IMG/VR virus record: IMGVR_UViG_3300027969_000046
Source of the DNA: a virus
Direction: 5' to 3' (one strand)
Length of the DNA: 64,000 bases
Below, in pieces: positions 29,398 to 38,735 of this stretch. Position 1 is the stretch's first letter, and every line of letters begins with the position of its first letter. Under the pieces are notes generated by a model. It saw only the letters and a program-made list of their open reading frames with translations. It made no database searches and was not told the origin of the DNA. The translations under genes were made by a program, and so were the position numbers.

Positions 29398-29784
29398 ATG
29401 GCATATTCAGATAAAGTATTAAACCATTACGAAAATCCACGCAACGTTGGTAAAATGGATTCTACTGATGAAAATGTTGGCACAGGTATGGTGGGGGCAC
29501 CTGCTTGTGGCGATGTAATGAAACTCCAAATTAAAGTCAAAGATGGAATTATTACAGATGCAAAATTCAAAACATATGGGTGTGGGTCGGCGATTGCGAG
29601 TAGTTCGCTCGTCACAGAATGGGTCAAGGGTAAAACGCTGGAGCAAGCTGGATCAATTAAGAATGCTGAAATTGCAGAGGAGCTCAGTCTCCCGCCGGTT
29701 AAAATCCATTGTAGTATCCTTGCGGAAGATGCTATTAAGGCAGCAATAAAAGATTACGAACTTAAATGTTTATGTAAGGTATAA
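29398..29784 (+). CDS. iscU: Fe-S cluster scaffold IscU
   Basis: HYENPRNVG, GAPACGDVM, GCGSAIASSS, LPPVKIHC. Confidence 0.95.
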   Translation: MAYSDKVLNHYENPRNVGKMDSTDENVGTGMVGAPACGDVMKLQIKVKDGIITDAKFKTYGCGSAIASSSLVTEWVKGKTLEQAGSIKNAEIAEELSLPPVKIHCSILAEDAIKAAIKDYELKCLCKV

Positions 29785-29785
29785 A

Positions 29786-30112
29786 ATGATTACTGTAACA
29801 GATAGTGCTTTCAATAAAATTAGAGATTTAATTGTTGAAGAAAAAGATAACGATAATTTGGCATTAAGAATGTCAGTAAGAGGCGGTGGGTGTTCAGGTT
29901 TTCAATATGAATTTACCTTTGATGACAAACAAGAAGAAGATGATTTTGTGATTGAAAAAGATTCCATTAAAGTGTTTGTTGATTCAATGTCAGCACAATA
30001 TTTAATGGGAGCTACTTTAGATTACAAAGATGAAAAATTCAATTCACAATTTGTCATAACTAATCCTGAGGTTAAATCAACTTGTGGTTGTGGTTCATCG
30101 GTAGCATTTTAA
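29786..30112 (+). CDS. erpA: A-type Fe-S carrier (ErpA/IscA)
   Basis: GGGCSGFQY, TCGCGSS. Confidence 0.88.
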   Translation: MITVTDSAFNKIRDLIVEEKDNDNLALRMSVRGGGCSGFQYEFTFDDKQEEDDFVIEKDSIKVFVDSMSAQYLMGATLDYKDEKFNSQFVITNPEVKSTCGCGSSVAF

Positions 30113-30750
30113 TGGCACATATTGTTGCAAATTTACCACCAGTAAATTGTTACATTCGCAAAGAGTTTCTCTATGACTTTGAAAAGGGTCATGGAGAATT
30201 TGTGCCTTGTTGGTGGATTAGTATCAAATCATTAAGAGGTCAGGCATTTCGTATCGAGGCCTATTTGAATGAATATGGTGCATTATATGATAAATTACCG
30301 TTACACGCATTTTGTTGGAAACCCATTGAAGGTGAACCATATTCATTAGATAGTTTGCAATTGTGGGATTGTTTATCATATGATATTACAGTCATAAAGA
30401 AAGCTCAATTGCAATCTATGAAGTGTCAGATTAAAATGAAAAATGGTGATTGGGCATTTGGTGAATATATGTTTACAGTTGATTCGGCACATCCTGATTT
30501 CAATATCATAGACACGGGATTTAGTGAAGATGTGACCGACCACAAATCATATAACTTTGTTAAACTAGACAACGGTCAGTTTGCCGCACAGCCAAACAAT
30601 CGTATGTTAGTATTGGAGCCGAGTAGTAATCCAAAAGAATTAAAAGTGCCTGATTTTAAAGTTGCAACTAAACGATGGTCGGTTGAAACAGAATCAAAAT
30701 GGGCATTAGGAGATACAGATACATTTATGTATGAAGTAAAATTTGATTAA
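30112..30750 (+). CDS. Conserved hypothetical protein
   Basis: TAATG coupling; ANLPP, LQLWDC, GQFAAQPNNR. Confidence 0.7.
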   Translation: MAHIVANLPPVNCYIRKEFLYDFEKGHGEFVPCWWISIKSLRGQAFRIEAYLNEYGALYDKLPLHAFCWKPIEGEPYSLDSLQLWDCLSYDITVIKKAQLQSMKCQIKMKNGDWAFGEYMFTVDSAHPDFNIIDTGFSEDVTDHKSYNFVKLDNGQFAAQPNNRMLVLEPSSNPKELKVPDFKVATKRWSVETESKWALGDTDTFMYEVKFD

Positions 30751-30753
30751 GTA

Positions 30754-31407
30754 ATGAAACCAACAGTTGCTTTGTTTATGCACCATCCTGAATGTTCTCA
30801 GGAATGTTGTAATGCTATTATAAATGTATTGTCTAGTAATTACAATATAAGGTTGTTCTCAGAAGATGACATACTTAACACTAATTTTTTTAGCGATATT
30901 AGCCTTATTATTTTCCCTGGCGGCATCGGCGATTCTAATTCGATGTATAGATTCTTTAGCAGAAGAACGGGAAATAGAATAGCAGAGTATATTGAGAATG
31001 GTGGTCATTATCTTGGTATTTGTATGGGTGCATATTGGGCAGACCAATGGTACCTTGATATCATAGATGATGTTAGAGCTGTTCAATATATAAAGAGACC
31101 TAATGCAGATATTCGTAGGTCATATGGTACAGTTGCACCCGTAGTATGGAATGGCACACCAATGAATATGTATTTTTATGATGGCTGTGCATTGATAGGT
31201 GATGAGAGTAAATTCAAAACGATTGCTCGATATGCAAACGGTGACCCAATGGCCATAATCAAAGGCCGTGTTGGTCTAATCGGTTGTCATCCTGAGAGTA
31301 GTGAATTTTGGTATCAGAAACCTTGGCAGTATATCAATGAGCATTGGCACAATGGTAAACACCATAAATTATTATTGGAATTTGTAAATGAATTGATGGA
31401 GAAATAG
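30754..31407 (+). CDS. Class I glutamine-amidotransferase-fold protein (BPL_N-like)
   Basis: FPGG, YLGICMGAY, HPE triad. Confidence 0.75.
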   Translation: MKPTVALFMHHPECSQECCNAIINVLSSNYNIRLFSEDDILNTNFFSDISLIIFPGGIGDSNSMYRFFSRRTGNRIAEYIENGGHYLGICMGAYWADQWYLDIIDDVRAVQYIKRPNADIRRSYGTVAPVVWNGTPMNMYFYDGCALIGDESKFKTIARYANGDPMAIIKGRVGLIGCHPESSEFWYQKPWQYINEHWHNGKHHKLLLEFVNELMEK

Positions 31408-31535
31408 AATGATAGTAGCAGGATGGATAGTAGTGGGGTTCTTCTCAGCAATAGGTTGGTGGAGTGCCAATCATTATGTGATTGAACCTTATTTCCCAGA
31501 ACCAATTAAAAAAGAAAGAAAAGTAGAAACTAAAA

Positions 31536-32528
31536 ATGACTAAAAAATCAGAATCAAAATTAACAGATACACGCAACAGTTTTAAACCCTTTAACTATCC
31601 ATGGGCATACGATGCTTGGCTTAAACACGAACAATCTCATTGGCTGCATACGGAAGTTCCTATGCTTGAAGATGTCAAAGATTGGAAAAAGAAACTCACC
31701 GCTGAAGAAAAACAATTTCTCACACACATTTTTAGATTCTTCACACAAGGAGATATTGACGTTGCTGGCGGTTATGTTCGCAATTATCTACCTTATTTCC
31801 CGCAACCTGAAGTAAGAATGATGCTCATGGGCTTTGCTGCTCGTGAAGCATTACATATTGCTGCTTACTCACACCTGATTGAAACATTAGGTTTGCCTGA
31901 TACAACCTATAATGATTTTATGGAATATCAGGAGATGAAAGACAAACACGATTATGTGCTTGACATTTCAGATAAGAATGGCACCAAAGAAAATACAGCA
32001 CGACATATTGCCGTGTTTAGTGCCTTTACAGAAGGTATGCAGTTGTTCAGCTCATTCATTATGTTACTTAATTTCCCTCGCATGGGTAAAATGAAAGGCA
32101 TGGGTCAGATTGTTACATGGTCTATTGTTGATGAAACCATGCACGCTGAATCAATGATGAAGTTGTTTAAGACCTACATCCACGAGAATACAGAAATTTG
32201 GAATGATGAATTGAAATCGTCCATCTATGCAATTGCAGAAAAGATGGTTGAACTTGAAGATAAGTTTATTGACCTTGCCTTTGGTGTAACAGAGATGGAA
32301 GGCCTGAGTGCTGAAGAAGTTAAAAAGTATATCCGATATATAGCTGACCGCAGACTGATTGGCCTTGGCATGAAAGGCATTTTTAAAGTAAAACGCAACC
32401 CTCTGCCATGGGTTGAAGAAATGATTAACGCACCTACTCACACAAACTTCTTTGAGAACCGTGCTACTGATTACGCTAAAGGCGCATTGAGTGGTTCTTG
32501 GGACGATGTATGGGGCAGAGCCGCCTAA
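31536..32528 (+). CDS. nrdB: Ribonucleotide reductase class Ia beta subunit
   Basis: GDIDV, REALHIAAY (radical Tyr), TEG, DETMH, NFFE. Confidence 0.95.
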   Translation: MTKKSESKLTDTRNSFKPFNYPWAYDAWLKHEQSHWLHTEVPMLEDVKDWKKKLTAEEKQFLTHIFRFFTQGDIDVAGGYVRNYLPYFPQPEVRMMLMGFAAREALHIAAYSHLIETLGLPDTTYNDFMEYQEMKDKHDYVLDISDKNGTKENTARHIAVFSAFTEGMQLFSSFIMLLNFPRMGKMKGMGQIVTWSIVDETMHAESMMKLFKTYIHENTEIWNDELKSSIYAIAEKMVELEDKFIDLAFGVTEMEGLSAEEVKKYIRYIADRRLIGLGMKGIFKVKRNPLPWVEEMINAPTHTNFFENRATDYAKGALSGSWDDVWGRAA

Positions 32529-33232
32529 TGTTAATTCTCTACACATTGGTAATGACACACATTACCATTCTTTGTGTTACAATGTATTTACATCGTAGCC
32601 AAGCACACCGAGCAGTAACATTTAATCCTGTAATAGAAAACATCATGCGATTTTGGCTATGGCTTACAACAGGCATGGTCACAAAGCAATGGGTTGCTAT
32701 ACACCGCAAGCACCATCAAATGACCGACCAACATGGTGACCCACATTCACCAAAAGTATTTGGTATTTGGCGTGTATTATTTGGTGGTGCAGTTCTATAT
32801 CATAAAGCATCAAAAGATAAATTGATGGTTGAAACATATGGCAAAGGAACGCCTGACGATTGGGTTGAGAAGAATATATACAGTAAACATTCTCGTCTAG
32901 GTATTACTTTGTTATTACTAATAAATTTACTTTGTTTTTCTTGGTGGGGTTTACTCACATGGGGAATTCAAATGATTTGGATCCCATTGTGGGCCGCAGG
33001 TGTGGTCAATGGTATTGGCCATTATTGGGGTTATCGTAACACAGAAACGAATGATACATCCAAAAACATTGTACCAATAGGTTTGATTATTGGTGGTGAA
33101 GAACTACATAACAACCATCACAATAAACCAGCAAGTGCAAAACTATCTGAAAAATGGTTTGAATTGGACATTGGATGGTTTTGGATTAAAACACTAAGTT
33201 ATTTGAAGTTAGCAAAAATCAACAGAGAATAA
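32528..33232 (+). CDS. Membrane fatty-acid (delta-9-type) desaturase
   Basis: His boxes HRSQAH, HRKHH, HNNHH; TM segments. Confidence 0.9.
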   Translation: MLILYTLVMTHITILCVTMYLHRSQAHRAVTFNPVIENIMRFWLWLTTGMVTKQWVAIHRKHHQMTDQHGDPHSPKVFGIWRVLFGGAVLYHKASKDKLMVETYGKGTPDDWVEKNIYSKHSRLGITLLLLINLLCFSWWGLLTWGIQMIWIPLWAAGVVNGIGHYWGYRNTETNDTSKNIVPIGLIIGGEELHNNHHNKPASAKLSEKWFELDIGWFWIKTLSYLKLAKINRE

Positions 33233-33233
33233 A

Positions 33234-34055
33234 ATGAGAAAAATATTATTATCGTTAGTCTTAGCACTAACAACATTAAACTCTTATGCATGGACACAAA
33301 GACCTAACGCAGCTCAGGCTCAATGTATTGTTCATGCACCATATGGTTTCCCTGCAACAAACCCAACACTATATCCTATCTGCCGTGAAGGATATTTTGT
33401 TGGTTATGATTCTGCAGCCAAACTACCAAAGTATGTAACATACACACTTACACCACCAAATGCTTTAGGCTGCTGGCCTAGAACAAATGCTTTTGTGAAA
33501 GATGAAACTACACCTAATGGCCCACGACCTGACGATTATGCAGGCACAGGATTTGATAAAGGCCATATGTCACCAGATGGTGATTTATCATGGTCACAAC
33601 AGGTTGAATATGAATCTTTCTTAATGACAAACATGGCACCTCAAGCAGGTAGTTTAAATCGTGGCATTTGGAAGTTATTAGAAACAAATGTCCGTGGTTG
33701 GGCTGTTCAACTCAATCAAGTATATACAATATATGTTGGTGGTGTGTATAATGATACCAACAAAAAGATTGGTCAAGGTGTTGTAGTACCACATGGTTAC
33801 TACAAGATTGTAATCAATCAAAGTACCAATGAAGTTGCAGGTTGGATGTTCCCACATACCGAACCATACCCTAATCTAGGCAATGACCTCACAAAGTTCC
33901 GTGTAGGCGTTGCTACAATCGAAGGCACAGCGGCAGTCAAGTTTGCATTTCCACCTAACGCAAAAGAAATACCAGTTGGTGCAGAATGGCCTATTGACTA
34001 CGGTGCTTTAACAAAGGCCAAGCGTGCAAAATGTGGCGCTAATGCTCAAGAATGA
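33234..34055 (+). CDS. Secreted sugar-nonspecific DNA/RNA endonuclease (NucA/EndoG family)
   Basis: Signal peptide; DKGH, TNMAPQ..LNRGIW..LE. Confidence 0.88.
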   Translation: MRKILLSLVLALTTLNSYAWTQRPNAAQAQCIVHAPYGFPATNPTLYPICREGYFVGYDSAAKLPKYVTYTLTPPNALGCWPRTNAFVKDETTPNGPRPDDYAGTGFDKGHMSPDGDLSWSQQVEYESFLMTNMAPQAGSLNRGIWKLLETNVRGWAVQLNQVYTIYVGGVYNDTNKKIGQGVVVPHGYYKIVINQSTNEVAGWMFPHTEPYPNLGNDLTKFRVGVATIEGTAAVKFAFPPNAKEIPVGAEWPIDYGALTKAKRAKCGANAQE

Positions 34056-34201
34056 AAATTATAAAACACCATTGCTCTGATTGTGATTCTAGTTTTAAAA
34101 TCGAATATGATGAGTTAAAATGTGAAGATAATCCTCAATACTGTCCGTTCTGTTCCACATATATAATGGAAGATGAACTGGAACAGGATGATGAGTATTA
34201 A
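34052..34201 (+). CDS. Small zinc-ribbon protein (49 aa)
   Basis: CSDC...CPFC; coupled at both ends. Confidence 0.65.
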   Translation: MKIIKHHCSDCDSSFKIEYDELKCEDNPQYCPFCSTYIMEDELEQDDEY

Positions 34202-34695
34202 TGTGGTTTTATTATAATACAGCAGAACAATTCAAAGAAGAAGATATACAAGACCATTTTGGTTTTGTATATCTCATCACACACCTAGGAACAGGCCGTA
34301 AATACATTGGCAAGAAGTTCTTTACCAAATCCAAAACAAGACAAATTAAAGGCAAGAAGAAGAAATCTCGTGTTTCTTCCGATTGGATAACCTATTGGGG
34401 TTCTAACATCGAATTACAAGAAGAAGTTAAGTTAAACGGGGAGGACAAATACACAAGAGAAATCCTACATTTATGTAAGTCTAGGTCAGCGTGTAGTTAT
34501 TGGGAAACATTTGAGATATTCAGTCGCCATGCTTTATTATCGGATGCATACTACAACTCATGGGTGACCTGTAAAATTCACAAAGCTCATGTATTAGGAA
34601 AATTTAATGGCTCGCAACAAAGCACTAGCAAACAACGACACGATTCAAGTTCGGTCAACAGCGAAAACAACCAATCATCTGAAATTACGGATTGA
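34201..34695 (+). CDS. GIY-YIG family nuclease
   Basis: GFVYLIT...KYIGKK, YWGS. Confidence 0.75.
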   Translation: MWFYYNTAEQFKEEDIQDHFGFVYLITHLGTGRKYIGKKFFTKSKTRQIKGKKKKSRVSSDWITYWGSNIELQEEVKLNGEDKYTREILHLCKSRSACSYWETFEIFSRHALLSDAYYNSWVTCKIHKAHVLGKFNGSQQSTSKQRHDSSSVNSENNQSSEITD

Positions 34696-35359
34696 TGACC
34701 TTAAAACATTTCAACCATTAACAGAAAACCAACGATTATTTTTTGAAGCATACAAACGAGGCGATTACTTTGTAGCACTACACGGTGTTGCAGGCACAGG
34801 TAAAACCTTTTGTGCCTTATACAAAGCACTTGAAGAAGTAATGGATAAATCTAATCCATTCACACAGATTATTATAGTCCGTTCAGCGGTACAAAGCCGT
34901 GAGATTGGTCACCTACCTGGTGATGTAAACGAAAAAATGGAAATCTACCAACAACCATACAGGCAGATATGCGAAACGCTATTTGACCGTAAAGATGCTT
35001 GGGATAGATTAGAAGAACAACACCACATTCAATTTATTAGCACATCATTCATTCGTGGTATGTCTTTTGATAACGCCATCATCATTGTAGATGAAATGCA
35101 GAATCTAACCTATGAAGAAATTGATACTGTTATGACCCGTGTTGGCCATATGTCCAAGATTATTTGGTGTGGTGATTACAGGCAAACCGACCTGAATAAG
35201 AAAAAGAATGATATGTCAGGTATTCTTAAATTCTTTGATATTGCCATGCACATGAAGGCATTTACCAAAATTGAATTCACGGTAGATGATATTGTCCGCT
35301 CATCATTGGTGAAGGACTATATTCTTGCCAAAATTCAATACGAGGATGCAAACGGGTAA
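34607..35359 (+). CDS. phoH: PhoH family ATPase
   Basis: GVAGTGKT, IGHLPG, IRGMSF, DEMQN, GDYRQTD, IVRS. Confidence 0.92.
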   Translation: MARNKALANNDTIQVRSTAKTTNHLKLRIDDLKTFQPLTENQRLFFEAYKRGDYFVALHGVAGTGKTFCALYKALEEVMDKSNPFTQIIIVRSAVQSREIGHLPGDVNEKMEIYQQPYRQICETLFDRKDAWDRLEEQHHIQFISTSFIRGMSFDNAIIIVDEMQNLTYEEIDTVMTRVGHMSKIIWCGDYRQTDLNKKKNDMSGILKFFDIAMHMKAFTKIEFTVDDIVRSSLVKDYILAKIQYEDANG

Positions 35360-35485
35360 TTTCACCATCCAAAATAGTGTGGGCATACTAGTAGAAACAC
35401 TTAGTTTTTATTGCGTTGCAACATATATAATAGTAGAGGCGCCGATTAGTAGGTGCCTATACTATTTAATATAAGGAATATTACC

Positions 35486-35689
35486 ATGTTTGCATTAGAT
35501 TCTATGATTGACACAATTCAATCCGCTAAAAAACAATTCGTTACCACTTTTGTTACAGATAAAGAAGTTCAAAAGCCACTCATTGGTTTTGTTGATGCAC
35601 AAACAGATTTTGTTAAGCAAATCGTAAAAACAAACGAAGTATTGGCAACACAAACTAAAGATGCTTTTACAAAGGCATTGAAGGTATAA
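35486..35689 (+). CDS. Small amphipathic helical protein, phasin-like
   Basis: SD AAGGA; IDTIQSAKKQFV, FVDAQTDF. Confidence 0.5.
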   Translation: MFALDSMIDTIQSAKKQFVTTFVTDKEVQKPLIGFVDAQTDFVKQIVKTNEVLATQTKDAFTKALKV

Positions 35690-35691
35690 TC

Positions 35692-35877
35692 ATGTCAAAA
35701 GAGTTGGATGCGTTAAGCGGAGTAGAAACTCCAAATCTAACGAACTTTTGGAATTGGGTAAAAACCACATTTACCCCATCATACAAAAGCGAAATTGAAG
35801 CCTATCTTGCTGAATCTACCTCTCATGCAGATGTAGAAAGAAGAATCAAAGTGCTTCAAATGCGAGGTATGATATGA
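35692..35877 (+). CDS. DUF3563-like protein
   Basis: EAYLAESTSHADVERRIK. Confidence 0.55.
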   Translation: MSKELDALSGVETPNLTNFWNWVKTTFTPSYKSEIEAYLAESTSHADVERRIKVLQMRGMI

Positions 35878-35995
35878 GAGTAATATCTTCAATTTGGAAT
35901 TTTCTCATAGCTTGTGCAGAAGAATTAGAAAAATACCGTAACGGAAAGTATAGTAAAGTTAAATAAGCGAGTTTTGAGGTTTCATACATACCAGT

Positions 35996-36259
35996 ATGGA
36001 AAAGAAAACTTATAAACTCACTTCACCGAAAGGTGCCCTTATGTTGGACATAAGGAATAACTATAAATCGTTTCACTTGATTATCCGCAATGGTTGGGCA
36101 ATTAAGTTCTCAGTTTATGGTGGTGAGAATATTCTATTGATATTTACATCAACCTTTACCGGTCAGACTGTTATTAGGTATTTTGGTAATGAAGATGAGG
36201 CTGTAGATTGTATTAACTTTGTTACCGCACATGACCCACAAGAAGAAATAGAAGCATAA
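35996..36259 (+). CDS. Hypothetical protein
   Basis: ORF followed by terminator. Confidence 0.55.
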   Translation: MEKKTYKLTSPKGALMLDIRNNYKSFHLIIRNGWAIKFSVYGGENILLIFTSTFTGQTVIRYFGNEDEAVDCINFVTAHDPQEEIEA

Positions 36260-36260
36260 G

Positions 36261-36284
36261 AACCCGCTGAAAGGCGGGTTTTTT
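36261..36284 (+). terminator. Intrinsic terminator
   Basis: AACCCGCT-GAA-AGGCGGGTT hairpin then T run. Confidence 0.85.
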
Positions 36285-36337
36285 ATTGCCTCACAATAGC
36301 TATTATTATGATACAATGGTTGTAAAGGAGATATATT

Positions 36338-36939
36338 ATGTTGACAGATGAAAAATTACTTGAGGTTTCGGTTAAAGTGGACAAATTTCTATTAGAGATT
36401 GCCACGGAGAATGATATGCCTGCATTAGCATTATCAGCCGTTATATTGGCAAGGTTAATGCTAATCAATAATGAAATGCAATCAACCGATGACTTTAAAA
36501 AACTAATGGGTGTAGTATCACAGGCACCTATTCTCAAAAATACTACACAGCCATTACATTAATATGCTCGAGTGGTATAAATTCAAAAGATGGTATAATA
36601 ACCTTTACAAAGGCGAACAATACCTCGTTATTCTATTTGTTTGTGTTATAATTATAGCATCGTTGATGTGGGTTACACATGAACCTAAAGAACGCAAACG
36701 AAACTTTCCCATTAAATTAGGAGTGCAATATGACCGCCGATATTAATCAGGTAATGAACCGCCTTAAAAATTTACAAGAGTTTGAAGTGTGTATAGATAT
36801 ACCAGATGAATTTATATTTAATGGCACAATCCCATTTGATATGATTATTGATAGAGACCAATCAGCAAGAGTATTAGTGGTTGCTGAAACACAACATGAG
36901 GCCGAGAAAAAGGTCGAACAATTTTTTAAAGTGATTTAA
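36338..36939 (+). CDS. Three small hypothetical ORFs (36338-36562, 36564-36746, 36730-36939)
   Basis: SDs AGGAG/GGAG and tight packing. Confidence 0.6.
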
Positions 36940-36940
36940 T

Positions 36941-37561
36941 ATGACAGAACCAGTTATTCATGGTATATTTCCAACACCAATTACATTTAGCGAAGTTGGT
37001 CGTGAATTTACACCAGAAGAATTAGCCATATTCGAAGAAGCAGGCAAAACAATGGTCACAAATAGTGGCAACACAACAAGTGCTGATAATTATTTGTTAG
37101 AGAAACCTGGCCTTGAGAATCTTAAAGCAATTGTTCTTGGTACCGTGCAACATTACATGGACAAAGTGATTGTTGCTGACAAAGAAAGAGTTACACCATA
37201 TATCACACAATCATGGTTAAACTATACTGAAGCAGGACAACACCATCACAAACACGCACACCCTAACAGTTTCCTGTCTGGTGTATTGTATATTGATGCT
37301 GATCCAGTTAATGATAAGATTTACTTTTATAATGATGGTTACAAACAGATTAAAATTACACCCAAAGAATGGAATCTATTCAATTCAGAATCTTGGTTCT
37401 TCACAGTTAAAACATACCAGATTGTAGTATTTCCATCACATCTATCACACATGGTCGAAGCGAAAGCGGGTAACAACAGAAGGTGTAGTTTAGCTTTCAA
37501 TACATTTTTGAGAGGTAAAATTGGTCTACAATCAGAGTTGACAGAACTGTTAAACCCATAA
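36941..37561 (+). CDS. 2OG-Fe(II) oxygenase-like protein (TIGR02466 type)
   Basis: IFPTPI, HAHPNSFLSGVLY, FPSHLSHMV, RCSLAFN. Confidence 0.8.
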   Translation: MTEPVIHGIFPTPITFSEVGREFTPEELAIFEEAGKTMVTNSGNTTSADNYLLEKPGLENLKAIVLGTVQHYMDKVIVADKERVTPYITQSWLNYTEAGQHHHKHAHPNSFLSGVLYIDADPVNDKIYFYNDGYKQIKITPKEWNLFNSESWFFTVKTYQIVVFPSHLSHMVEAKAGNNRRCSLAFNTFLRGKIGLQSELTELLNP

Positions 37562-37576
37562 CAAGAAAGGTGCGGT

Positions 37577-38175
37577 ATGAGCCACGAAGAAGCGAAATTT
37601 AAGCATAGTAAACGGTTATTGAAAGATAACAATGCCATTAAGAAGCAAGTAAAGATTGCTAAATCACATGGCATTCCAGTTGAGAATCCGCATATGTTTG
37701 CAAAGCATCATGCACTAGATTGTGGGCAACCAAATTGTATTATGTGTGCCTCACCCCGTAAGATTTGGAAAGAAGAAACTATCCAAGAACGCAGAGCAAA
37801 ACAGAAGGATGAAGAATGACCACCTTTACAACCGAAGATAGAGAATGGGCTTACTGGCATAATTATAATATGCCCAAATATAATAGGCAAACAGAAATAG
37901 AATTCTTTTGGCCACTTACAGAGCAAGTATCACTTGACTTGGACTATACTGGTTGTGAACGACCTAAACTCACTATGCCTATTGATAACTCCAATAGTAT
38001 ATCAACGAATGGTCCCACATGGACAACAGCAATTAATCCGCAGTTGACAGTAACAGCAATCAATGCAGTTGGTGAGTTGACCATTGGTGGTATTAATGTA
38101 GGCCTTGATAAGAAACCTACATGGTTGCAATCAAAACTATTCAAACTATTGGGGTTCAATTGGAAAGATAGATGA
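37577..38175 (+). CDS. Two hypothetical ORFs (37577-37819 with C..C..C; 37816-38175)
   Basis: ATGA coupling. Confidence 0.6.
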
Positions 38176-38735
38176 TTGAACTAGTTGAAGTTACTAGGCC
38201 AGACCAAAAAGGCCTAGTAAAATATATCATTGAGAACCACCACTCTTATGTACCGACCAATGCCTCAGTTGGTCGCCGTATTGATTGGCTCATCAATTAC
38301 GATGGGCAAACAGTTGGCATGATAGGCATTGGCTCATCGGTCTACCCACCCCCCAAAGATATACTCAATTACCTTGCTGTCAGTAAAAATGACTACAAGG
38401 CAATCTTCAACACTATTGCCAACAATTGGCGCTTTTGTATGATACAATCCATAAAGAACGGTGGTAGTCAGATATTGAAACAGTTGCGACAGAAGGCGCC
38501 AGATGCATGGAAGGCAAAATATGGTGATGACTTAGGTTACATCATTACTTTTGTTGGTGCAGGTAAGAATGGTGCAGTCTATCTTGCCGATAACTGGTCA
38601 AGAATTGGCGAAACCGCTGGTCTACCCAAGCACAAGAGTTCCTCTATGAAGTGGAATACTGGTGAACAATTGAAAGAACTATTTGTTAAGCCTACAGGTG
38701 AAAACAAGAAGATTATACTGATAAAGAAACTATGA
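38172..38735 (+). CDS. Mom/DruA(DUF4338)-like GNAT-fold protein
   Basis: HHSY, GMIGIGS, NNWRF, GAVYLADNW..IGET. Confidence 0.5.
   Translation: MIELVEVTRPDQKGLVKYIIENHHSYVPTNASVGRRIDWLINYDGQTVGMIGIGSSVYPPPKDILNYLAVSKNDYKAIFNTIANNWRFCMIQSIKNGGSQILKQLRQKAPDAWKAKYGDDLGYIITFVGAGKNGAVYLADNWSRIGETAGLPKHKSSSMKWNTGEQLKELFVKPTGENKKIILIKKL

Noticed and set aside
27607-34695. Intron or intein in nrdA/nrdB, or an intron-borne GIY-YIG
   Set aside because: Both nrd genes are continuous with no insertion; the GIY-YIG gene is free-standing
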